64,000 nucleotides of DNA from an uncultured Planctomycetota bacterium (GTDB lineage Bacteria; Planctomycetota; Phycisphaerae; Tepidisphaerales; Tepidisphaeraceae): contig CAWJEN010000006.1 of NCBI GenBank assembly GCA_963841915.1, positions 288,001 through 352,000 on the forward strand, in the 5' to 3' direction. Made by a program: the position numbers and the translations under genes. Under the pieces are notes generated by a model. It searched no databases. It saw nothing but the letters and a program-made list of their open reading frames with translations, and was not told the origin of the DNA. Shown piece after piece: positions 1 to 11,100 of the stretch (position 1 is its first letter; every line of letters begins with the position of its first letter).

Positions 1-168
1 CGGCTGGCGTCGGCCACGAGTGATCTGCCGTCGCCCGAGATGCTGGCCACCGCTTTGACCCGGGTGCGTGCCGCCGCGGTGACAACGATGGACGATCAGC
101 AAGTGGTGGCCGACTACTTCAACCCGCAGAGCATCGCCCGCCGCACCGGATTCGAGGCCGACGAGTAG
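1..168 (+). CDS. 3' end of a CDS truncated by the window edge, function unknown
   Basis: Open frame 1 with GC3-rich codons (RLASATSDL...GFEADE) ending at TAG 166-168. Confidence 0.6.
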   Translation, partial: RLASATSDLPSPEMLATALTRVRAAAVTTMDDQQVVADYFNPQSIARRTGFEADE

Positions 169-266
169 ATCGCGTGGTCGGCACGCAAAGCGACGCTCGA
201 CAGCCGCCCCTGACCGTGCCTACTCTTCCCGCCCGCGTCGCCGGGCCACGCCAACGCGACGCCGCC

Positions 267-1787
<1,521 letters not shown>

Positions 1788-1909
1788 CGTGTTGCGGTTC
1801 GGCCGGCGTAATCCCAGCGGACTAGGCGTGCGGCGTCGAGAACCACACGCCGGTGTTAACATCGCCCACAGCAGCGGGCGCGTCAACGGGAACCGTTGCC
1901 CGCCGCGGT

Positions 1910-2185
1910 TCAGGCGGAGCGACGGCTTTTCTTGCCGATGGTCACATTGCCGTTGAGCCAGTCGCGTAGCCGGTCTACCGGGTAGATCACACAGCGGCCG
2001 AGCTTCTTGCATGGGATGTCGCCGCGGTTCGTGTAGGTCCAAAGTGTCCGCTCGCTGATGCCGAGCATTGCCGCGGCATCACGCGGCTTAACGGCTAGCG
2101 GCGGCGGGACCACGGGGAGCGTCGCGTCGTTTTGGTTCTGCCGCAAGGTGCGGCCCGGTTCATCGTGTTGCGTTGAGTCGTTCAT
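1910..2185 (-). CDS. Helix-turn-helix excisionase/AlpA-like protein
   Basis: LAVKPRDAAAMLGISERTLWTYTNRGDIPCKKLGRCVIYPVDRLRDWL is HTH_17-like; lies upstream of int. Confidence 0.85.
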   Translation of the reverse strand: MNDSTQHDEPGRTLRQNQNDATLPVVPPPLAVKPRDAAAMLGISERTLWTYTNRGDIPCKKLGRCVIYPVDRLRDWLNGNVTIGKKSRRSA

Positions 2186-2272
2186 CACCCCGCAGATCGG
2201 GAGCGGGTGCGCGGCGATGAAGGCGGCACATGTCCCACCGTGTCCCCGGCCGGCTCGATACATGATCGTCAT

Positions 2273-3181
2273 TCACAACCTCGGATGCTCGTCAAGTGCC
2301 CGTTCCCCGGCTGTCGTGATGCAGTACGGGCCGTGTAGATTGCCCACGCAGTTCATGCCATCGGCCGCTATGTAGCCGGTTTTGCACATCGCCTTGCGGG
2401 CGGTGCGAAAGCTTGGGCAGTTCCTGTAGCCGCTGGCTTTAGCGATAGCCGCGTCGTCGGCCAGCGGCCCCCGCTCCCGCAGGGCTTGCAGCATCGCCGC
2501 CTCACGCCCTCCGAACTTTGGCGGTTCCGCCAGCCCCGCTGCGGCCGGTTCTAGCAGCCACGCCGCGTGAGGGTGAAGTCGCAGCAGAGACGACGCAACG
2601 GCCGACCGGCCACCGTCCAATGATGCCAGAAGGGCCGCGGTCGCCGCGTTTTCTTCGTCGTCCTCCACCCGCGGCATCGGCGGCATCGCTGCCGCTTCGT
2701 CCGCCCGTTGCTCCAACGGCGGCTCCGGCAGGTTCGACAAGCCGGAGAGCATAACTGCGTGTATCGACCGCATCGCTCCAAGCGGCCGCACCAGCGGTCC
2801 GTTCTGGAAGCACCATTCGACGCATCGAGTCACGGCTTCACGATCCAGCGACGCCGGCGACCGCCTCTGCACTTCATCGAGCGCGTCGCCCCACAGCGTC
2901 AACGGCAACGGTTCCTGTCCCGCGGCCTCGGCAGACAGCACCCACATCGTTTCCTGCATCCGCTTGCAGTGCTTTCGCCCGGCCGGGGAATCGTCCTGAA
3001 GCCAAGCGACCGATCGCTTCACCCGACGCTCACCGTCGCCGCAGAGCGTGTGCGCGACGAGCATCGCGAGCAAGTCAGCAAGCGTGGCTGTACCACCGAG
3101 AAGGTCCGCCAGCGTCGGTTGGTCGTAGTCGATGTAGAACCAGCCCGTGTCGTCTGCTCCGCAGGTCGTCACGCCTGTCAT
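2273..3181 (-). CDS. Hypothetical protein with a probable C-terminal winged helix
   Basis: 302-aa ORF; C-terminus MLQALRERGPLADDAAIAKASGY...YCITTAGERAL looks like a wHTH. Confidence 0.6.
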   Translation of the reverse strand: MTGVTTCGADDTGWFYIDYDQPTLADLLGGTATLADLLAMLVAHTLCGDGERRVKRSVAWLQDDSPAGRKHCKRMQETMWVLSAEAAGQEPLPLTLWGDALDEVQRRSPASLDREAVTRCVEWCFQNGPLVRPLGAMRSIHAVMLSGLSNLPEPPLEQRADEAAAMPPMPRVEDDEENAATAALLASLDGGRSAVASSLLRLHPHAAWLLEPAAAGLAEPPKFGGREAAMLQALRERGPLADDAAIAKASGYRNCPSFRTARKAMCKTGYIAADGMNCVGNLHGPYCITTAGERALDEHPRL

Positions 3182-3359
3182 TATCGGCCACGATCAGCCA
3201 GTCGCTGGGACGCGGCAGGGTGTCGTTACAGTCGGGTCGTGATGCCGGGCAATGACTTGTCGCCGCCGGAAAATCTTGGCGGCTGGGTATGGTTACACCA
3301 CCGCAGATGGTGTCTTTGACTCTCGTCGGTCGGTTGAAGCGTCACCACCGGCCGCAGGA

Positions 3360-4653
3360 TCAAGCGGCAGCAACGGCTAGCTCCGTCCACCGCGTCGTGT
3401 ACCGCGGCGTGAGCATGGCCCGCCGCGTGTGGTGGACCCGCTCGGCATCGCGTCCAGGCGTGGCGGCGGCCGTTCCGAGACGTACGGCATCGCGACCGAA
3501 CCGGCGGCACGCCTCGTCCATTACGGCCGCGGCACGTCCACGCCCATCGGGCCGGGGCGGATCGGCGGCATCGAACAGCCCGAGTTGCCGCGATGACGCG
3601 CGCGACAGGTCGAACAGCATCACGCCCGTGCCGGTACTCGTAGCCGGCGATGAACACCCGCTCGACCGCCCGCAGCGCGGCCGCAACGCACGCAGACGGG
3701 TCGGCGGTCGGCGTCGCGAGCGTAACGGTCGCCGCGTTGGCGTACTGCGGCCGCTCCGTGCGAAAGCGGTCGGTATCGATGAACGACTGCAAGCCACCCG
3801 CCACCAGCCCTTCCCGCCTCAGCTTGGCGGCCGCCATCGAGGCGACGGACGCCGCCGCCTTGTCCACGTCCTCACGCCGCGCGGTGGCCGCCGCGAACGT
3901 GCGGGACGCGCACGCTTGCTTGCGACAAGGCGGCTGCGTGTCGAGCGTCAGGCACGGCTCCCCGAGCAGTTCCAGCACCGTCCGTTGCAACGTCACCGTG
4001 CCGCGGGAGCGGGCGGCCGCCGGCGGCATCTGCGACAAGCCCCAGGCTGTTCGCACGCCCTCGGCAGCGAGCCGACGCGACCACGCCCGCTCAACGCCCC
4101 AAACGTCCGCGGCCGGCAGCCACTGAAAGACCCGCTCCCGGTCGGCTTCCGTCGTGATGGCGAAGCTGCCGCCCGTCTCGACAGAATGCTTCTTCGCTTA
4201 ACGGTTGGCCGCCTTGGCGAGCGTCTTGGTCGGCCCGAACCCGACGCCGCAAGGCACGCCCGTTCACCGCCGCGCGTCGCGGCGTAGCTCCCGGACGAAC
4301 GCTGCCGGGTCGCCGATGCCGGTGGCGTCGCCGACTGACTCGTCGATGCTGTAGACCTCCACGGCCGGCAGCCGATCCCGCAGCACGTCATTCACCCGCC
4401 GGCTCATATTGCCGTACAGCGCGTAGTTGCTCGACAGCAGCGCGACGCGTTGTCGCCGCAGCTCGTCGCGAATCTTGAACGCCGGCGTGCCCATCTTGAC
4501 GCCCGGCGCCTTCAACTCGTCGCTCCGAGCGATCACGCAGCCGTTGTTGTTGCTCGACAAGCCCACGGGGCGGCGGTGCAGCCGCGGGTCGAAGGACCGC
4601 TCGCACGAGACGTAGAAGTTGTTCCCGTCGATCATGCTAAACATTGTTGGCAC
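3360..4653 (-). pseudogene. umuC: Y-family DNA polymerase V subunit, disrupted
   Basis: IDGNNFYVSCER, SSNYALYG, YSIDE, GPTKTLAK and PRYTTRW motifs; TGA at 4264-4266, TAA at 4198-4200, frameshift near 3627. Confidence 0.9.
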
Positions 4654-4662
4654 CTTCCCCGG

Positions 4663-5151
4663 CTACGGCTTGTGGATTACGGCCAGCACGACGCCCCAGA
4701 CCATCACGCCGCCGTCCTCGCACTCGTCGTCGGGCAGGTCAAATACCAGCGGCGGGTAGGCGGGGTTCGCCGCCTCTAACGCTACCGTTCGGCCGCGGCG
4801 ACGTAGACGCTTCACCGTCATCTGCCCATCAATGCAGGCGACGATCACGGTTCCGCCCGCGGCATCGGCCGCCAGCGAGCGATCAACGATGAGCAGGTCG
4901 CCGCCGTGGATGCCCGCCCCCGTCATGCTGTCGCCAACCACGCGCAGGAAGAACGTCGCCGCCGGCCGACGAATCAGCAGATCGTTGAGTTCTAGCCCCG
5001 CCTCAACGTAATCCTCCGCCGGCGACGGGAAGCCAGCCGGCCTGTGCGACAGCGACAACGGCAGCCGCAGCGGTCGTGGGGCGTCGGCAGCCCGGCCGAG
5101 CGGCACGAGCAAGGCGGCCTGCACGACAGCCGGGGAGGAGCGAGCAGACAT
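4663..5151 (-). CDS. umuD: UmuD/LexA-family S24 peptidase
   Basis: AGFPSPAEDY, GDSM and TVKRL motifs; adjacent to umuC. Confidence 0.9.
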   Translation of the reverse strand: MSARSSPAVVQAALLVPLGRAADAPRPLRLPLSLSHRPAGFPSPAEDYVEAGLELNDLLIRRPAATFFLRVVGDSMTGAGIHGGDLLIVDRSLAADAAGGTVIVACIDGQMTVKRLRRRGRTVALEAANPAYPPLVFDLPDDECEDGGVMVWGVVLAVIHKP

Positions 5152-5247
5152 CGCCAGCGAACCTAACGGCGTCCGTACAGGCGGTTGACGGGTAAGCCTG
5201 AGCCGCACCAAGGGGGTCCAGAACCATCGTCGCGCCGCGCAGCCGGT

Positions 5248-5607
5248 TCAGTTGCGCCTCCACCGCCAAGCGGCGAGTATGCCATCTTGATCGAAGCCTA
5301 GCTCAAGCCGATCGGTGTAGCTCGTGTCAACTTGCGTCGAGCCGATGTAGCTGCCGTCGAAGGCGTTGTACATGGGCTGGCTGTAGCGCGTGCCCCGAGA
5401 GTGGTCTATCCAAACAGCGACCGTGAAGCCATCGCTCAAGGTCTCTTTCTGCTGCGGCGGACCCTTGGCCCGCACGGCGTCGTCGTAGTGGTAGGTGCCG
5501 AGGCGGGCGTCCCACACCTTCTGCACCCGCGAGGCGGCACACCCGCCGGCAAGCTACGCGCAGGCGATAAGGATCAATAGCGGTCGAAAGCGGAGCATGA
5601 TCTGCAT
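5248..5607 (-). pseudogene. Small lipoprotein with an amber stop in its signal peptide
   Basis: MQIMLRFRPLLILIACA*LAGGC: lipobox after a TAG at 5554-5556, in frame with the 5248-5526 ORF. Confidence 0.7.
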
Positions 5608-5880
5608 GTCCGCGATCCTGAATCCTGGTCAGAGCGGCAGCCACCGGGGCAAAGTTATCGGCCTAGGTCGCCAGTCGCCTCCATCTCACGCTTTCGATCC
5701 GTTCTTACCATAGATCAGCAACTTCGCCTCCCTAACACGCGGTTGCGGCGGCTTCCGGCGCGGGTACCACATGACGGCAGCAGCACGTCGCCTTACCGGA
5801 CGGCTCGCCGTGCTGCAACGCCCTTCAAGGCCCGTAGAGGCCGACCATGAAGGCCGGGCGGGCTTGACAGTGCCCGGTCC

Positions 5881-7866
5881 TCACGCCGGTTCCCGCAATC
5901 TGTCAACCGCGCGTCCAGTGCCCGCGTCATCACCTACCGCGGGCAGCAGGTCCATCCGCAGGAACAGCACGCGACGGGCTTCGTTCGCCGTGTGCGGCCG
6001 AATGAGCTTCCCCAGTCCGAGGCTGTTTTGAAGAACTGCCCGCAGCTTGCGATTCGGCTTCTCCGTGTGCCAGCCGAAGCACGCGGCAAGCGTGTTGACG
6101 GGGAGGAAGATGTCGGTGTTGCCGGCCTCGTGTTGCATCCACGCCAGCAGCGACGCAACGCGGTGAAGGTCGCCGCCGGCAGGCATCAGCATTAGCAAGT
6201 CGTCATCGTCGGCGGGCACCACGAGCGGCCACCGCTCCGCCAGCGGCACCGCCACATCCACGGGTGACTCCCGGCCTGCCCAGCTATCGACCTTTGCGAA
6301 CTTCTCCGCAAGGTCCGCCGGCTCCTCGCAGGCGTCGCCGAAGGCTCGCCGCCAGCCGTCGCTTCCCCAGCCCCAGGAACTGAATAGTCTGCCGACAGCC
6401 AAAGCCACGCTGCCGGGCGTCGCGTGTCGCACTTGCGGGTGGGCACGCAAGTAGTGGCCGAAATCGAACAGCCAATCAGGGTCACGCTGCGGGTGTTTCC
6501 GCACGTTCGCCGCCGGCGGGTGGTCGGGCTTCGCCAACGCCCGCGCCAGGCACGCCGCAATATGGTCGCCAACTTCGCCACCGGTTTCCCGCCGTGCCTC
6601 CGTTGCCTCAATCATCGCGAGCATCCGCGGGTCATCGCCATCTTCGCTTGGCGGCCGCACGCCCGTAGGAACAGAAATCGTGAGTTCCTCTCGGTCGCGG
6701 TAATCCCTGTCGTTCCAGTCCTCCCGTTCTTCCCGGTCTTTACTCTCTTCACTCACGTGCGACGACGGGGGCTCATCCGCCACGTTTACCCGTCGCCCCA
6801 CCCACGTATCCAGTAACTCGGCCGCGCCCGCCGGCTCATCACCGTGCAGCTCGCCCAGAAGTCGAGCGAGCTTCGGCCGGCCCGCTACATCTTCACGGTC
6901 CGCCAGCCGCTTCGCCGTCGAGTTGATGCAACCGGCGATGTCGGCCGCATCACCGTCACCAATTGCGGCGGCCGCAGCCGTTATCACGGCCGCAGCGTCA
7001 TCCCTCGCCCAATCTGCCCGCAGCAGCACGCCTGCGACGAGATAACGAAACTCGTGCCGCTGGCTCGGGTCCGGCCAAACCGCGGCCAGCAGCGTCGCCA
7101 CTGCCACCCGCCGCGCCGCCTCCCACAGCTTCACAGCATCGACCACGGCCGCCTCGCCGTCCGCCCCTTCCGACCAGCACAACGGCTCTTTGCTGCCGTC
7201 CACATTCCCGTGCATTGACGGCGGCACGCGGGTAAACACTTCACCCTTAAAGCCACGAATGTCCACCAGGTCCGCCCGGTCGCCGCCGTGCCTTTCGAGC
7301 TTCCGCAACGTCTCGGTGAGGCTGAACTTACCCGATGCTTTCACGCTGTCGCAGCCGGTCGCAATGTAGAGGCGGTGCGAGTCGGGAGAACCCGGCCGCC
7401 CGAAGCAGAAGCCGGTCGGCGGCAGGCGGTCCGCCAGCTTCGCCGCTATCGAGCAATCGAGGTCGAGGTCCAGCAGCCGCGCGTGCGGGTCGCTGACAGT
7501 CGGGTGCCCCATCAGCCCGTTCCGGCCAATGAACAGGCCGATGCCAGGTTCGGCCTTAACTTTTGCCCGCTTGATGCGTTGGCGGGCTGCACGATGTTCC
7601 TTCTCCACCGCGGCGGCGTCGCGAAGCCTGTCCTGACGCACTTTGGAAGGCGCAGGCCATTTACCGTCCTTGCGTCCCTTGCCGGTGCCGGGCGGCATCA
7701 ACGGCATCGTGTTGAAGCCGTTCTCGCAGAAGGCGAGTGCAGCTTCGAGTGGGTCGGCGGTGGTGACGTACAGACGGGGTTCATCATGGGACATTGCAGC
7801 CCGTGCATCGGCCGGGCTGGCGGCGTCGCATGGCGGGTGCGTGTCCCCTTGTGTCTCCGGCGACAC
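5881..7866 (-). CDS. Bifunctional DNA primase/polymerase (Prim-Pol) domain replication protein
   Basis: ALAFCENGFNTMPL...GKWP...IGLFIG...LDLDLD...SHRLY...DIRG...VPPSMH matches the Prim-Pol N-terminal pattern; no clear helicase Walker motif; start uncertain. Confidence 0.75.
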   Translation of the reverse strand: MSPETQGDTHPPCDAASPADARAAMSHDEPRLYVTTADPLEAALAFCENGFNTMPLMPPGTGKGRKDGKWPAPSKVRQDRLRDAAAVEKEHRAARQRIKRAKVKAEPGIGLFIGRNGLMGHPTVSDPHARLLDLDLDCSIAAKLADRLPPTGFCFGRPGSPDSHRLYIATGCDSVKASGKFSLTETLRKLERHGGDRADLVDIRGFKGEVFTRVPPSMHGNVDGSKEPLCWSEGADGEAAVVDAVKLWEAARRVAVATLLAAVWPDPSQRHEFRYLVAGVLLRADWARDDAAAVITAAAAAIGDGDAADIAGCINSTAKRLADREDVAGRPKLARLLGELHGDEPAGAAELLDTWVGRRVNVADEPPSSHVSEESKDREEREDWNDRDYRDREELTISVPTGVRPPSEDGDDPRMLAMIEATEARRETGGEVGDHIAACLARALAKPDHPPAANVRKHPQRDPDWLFDFGHYLRAHPQVRHATPGSVALAVGRLFSSWGWGSDGWRRAFGDACEEPADLAEKFAKVDSWAGRESPVDVAVPLAERWPLVVPADDDDLLMLMPAGGDLHRVASLLAWMQHEAGNTDIFLPVNTLAACFGWHTEKPNRKLRAVLQNSLGLGKLIRPHTANEARRVLFLRMDLLPAVGDDAGTGRAVDRLREPA

Positions 7867-8162
7867 ACTCTGGCAGTGAAGAGCGGATTGCTTCGTTTGG
7901 CACTATGTCCAGGTTCATGACTGCCCGCTGCCGCAGAGGGTGGTACGTCCAGGGATGAAGTCTGAACATGAAATGACGGCTTCAAATGCCAGCAACCTTC
8001 TGTACTCATCCTCGTGAGCGTCGGGAGCAATGGTGAGCAGCCGCTGATGCTTGCACCGGCATCGACGTCGAGTTAGTCTCGCACGACTGCCGCAGTGGTG
8101 AGGGAGATCAAGGGGGAACTTGATCGGCCGACGCGGCTTCCCGTGCATCTTGCCGTTCCGCC

Positions 8163-11100
8163 ATGCCGTCCGCCGCCGCTTCTGTCGTTGAGGTTCGCTC
8201 GCCCGTCTACGCCGAAGCCCTCGAACGCCGCCTGCTGCTCGCCACCGACGTAGCGATGCAGTCGGCCGCGTTGTCCGGCACCCGCTTCGTCGAGAACCGC
8301 GGGCAGTGGGACGACGAGATCGTCCTCGCCGCCCACGACAGCGGCGGCAAAACGATCCTTTTCACCGACACCGGCCCGGTCTTCCGCCTGACGCAGTACG
8401 CCGAAGCCGAGACTCCGGCCGACGACGATGACGCCTTCGCCCGCTCGTTCGACCCACGAGAGGATCGGCCGCAATTGGAGTTGGAGGCGTGGGACGAGCT
8501 GTCGCTGACCTTCCCCGGCAGCCGGGCGGTAGAGCCCCGCGGCATCAACCGCCTCGAGACGGTCCACAACTACTACCTCGGCAACGACGAGAGCCGCTGG
8601 GCCGAGAACGTCCCGACCTACAGCGGCGTCGTTTACGAGAACCTCTATGACGGCGTCGACCTTTATTTCCATCGTGACCCTGCGACAGAGGTCTTCCACG
8701 GACGCTTTGAAATACACAACGACGCAGGACACGACAAAATTCGCATTCGTCGAGGTACGGAGGAGGTGCCGATTGAGGTGATCGATCCCCGCCAGATAAC
8801 CTTTGTCCCGCTGTCCCCCTCGACATTGGGTCTTGAAGGATCTGCCGCGTACGTCGATCTGGACAAGGACCAATCGAGGCTTCAGCCGATGCAAGCTGGC
8901 GGGACCTCGGCACCAGAACTTGCTTTCGGCAGCTACTTCGGCGGCGGCGGCGGCGACTTTCCCAGCGGCGGCGTTGCCGCCGATGGAAGCGGTGGCGTAT
9001 GGCTTGCGGGATACACGACCTCTGCGAATCTTCCCACACCAGGAGGGTTCGACCCACAAACAAACGGTGGCGACGACGCCTTTGTGGCACGTCTCGACAC
9101 TAGCGGCAGCCTCGTGTACGCAACCTACTTCGGTGGCAGTGGGGACGAAATATCGGAAGCGATCGTCGCCGAGACCGTCGACGGCGTCTGGATTGCTGGA
9201 TATACCTCTTCAACGAACATGCCGGTCGTAGCTGCCCTCGACAGTACTTCGAACGGAGAAATTGACGCCTTTGTAGCTCGAGTGTCAGGCGATGGCTTGC
9301 TCACAACATCAAGCTATTTTGGCGGATCAGAAGATGAACACATAACGGGACTTGCAAGCGATGGGGCAGGAGGCGTATGGGCCACCGGTTTTAGCTTTTC
9401 CGATGACCTGCCCATCACTTCCTTCTCATCGCCGGGCGACCCCGAATCCATCGACGGATTTGTCGCACGAGTGGACGCTGTGGGATCATTGCGTTTTTCT
9501 TCATATTGGGGTGGATTGGAAACGGATGTTGGCATAGCGGCTGCATCAGACGGTTCCGGTGGCGTTTGGATCAAGGGTTTTACGGATACGCCGGGCCTCG
9601 CATCATTGGGAGCGTTCGGTCCTGAAAAAAGTCTCGGGACTGACGGAATTCTTCTGCGATATTCGAGCAGCGGTCAACGTGTATTTTCAACCTATCTCAA
9701 CACGAGAGATAACGTCGGAGGTGACATCGCCCCCGACGGCTTTGGGGGTGTTTGGATCACAGGGACCACCTACGCAGTCGACTTTCCGACGTTGGATGCT
9801 TTTGATAATTCGTTCGCGGGAACCCAGTTTATCGGAGACGCCTACATCTCGCACGTCAGCGCGACTGGCGAGTATCTCTTCGGCAGTTTCTTTGGTGGGA
9901 CGGGGCAAGACTTTGGTAAAGGAATCGTGGCTGATCTGACTGGCGGTGCGTGGTTCGTCGGTTACACCGGATCCTCGGACCTTCATGTGCAAAACGGTTT
10001 TGACTCCACGTACAGCGGATCATCAGACGCATTCATTGGCTACGTCAGCGCCGCTGGAAACCTCACGTTTTCCACATACTTCGGTGGCGGAGCATTCGAC
10101 GCTGCTGTTGATGTCGTGGCAGATGGACGTGAAGGAGCTTGGATTGCGATTGCCACCGGATCGCAAGGATTGCCGACGCCCGGCGGCTTCGACAGCGTAC
10201 GGAGCGGTAGCAGGGATGCATTTATCGCACGTGTCACAGCTGCCGAACTCCCGGCTGAGATCCTCGCCAAAGGCGTGGCTTATTCCGATGGCCCCGTCAA
10301 TTCCGACAATCCCGACGATGGTGACGATGACTATGAGGTTGGCAACGACGTCCTCTTTCCGGGCTTAACGGGTGACTTCAAGGTCTCCCGCCGCTTTGAA
10401 AATCAGATCACTGGCTTGTTCGCTTACGGACTCACTTCGGCCGTCCACGGTCCAGCACTGGTTTACCGCGGCACCGAGGACGCGATCGACTTGTTTGCCG
10501 ATAGCGATCCACGCGGCGTCGGTTACGGGCAATTTGCTGCCGCCTGGCGGGAAGTGAAGAACTGGCTCAACGGGCTGGACGAGCCTGCCGACCTGATCGG
10601 GCACAGCCTCGGCGGTGCCCTCGTGCAGTGGACAGCCGCGGCAGGAACGGCATCGCTTGCCGGCTACCCGGGGTTCGGCGACATCGTCTTCGATCAGGTC
10701 TTCACATTTAACTCGCCCGGCATTAGCGATGGCTCGGGCGGCGCGCCGCTTATTGCCGACGTCGGCGACTTCGACCCGTCCCGCGTCAAAGGCGTCACGC
10801 ACTACGTCGCCTCTGGCGACATCGTCAGTCTTGCCGGGGACGCGTTCATTCCCGGCGACGCCATGATTGCCACGTGGCAGGCATTCGATGGTGCTGGCGA
10901 CATGTTGACACTCGCCGAAGACTGGCACCTGCTGCCGATCACAGAGCCGGAGATCGAAGGCCGCGGGATGCGGCCGGCGGATTTGACACTTTCGCCGATC
11001 AGCGTCGCCGACCTCAGCAGTCCCACGTTCGGCCACCTCGACAACCCCGACTTTGCCGCATTCCTTGCCTCCCTGCAGACGGCGGCGTTGCTCGATCCGC

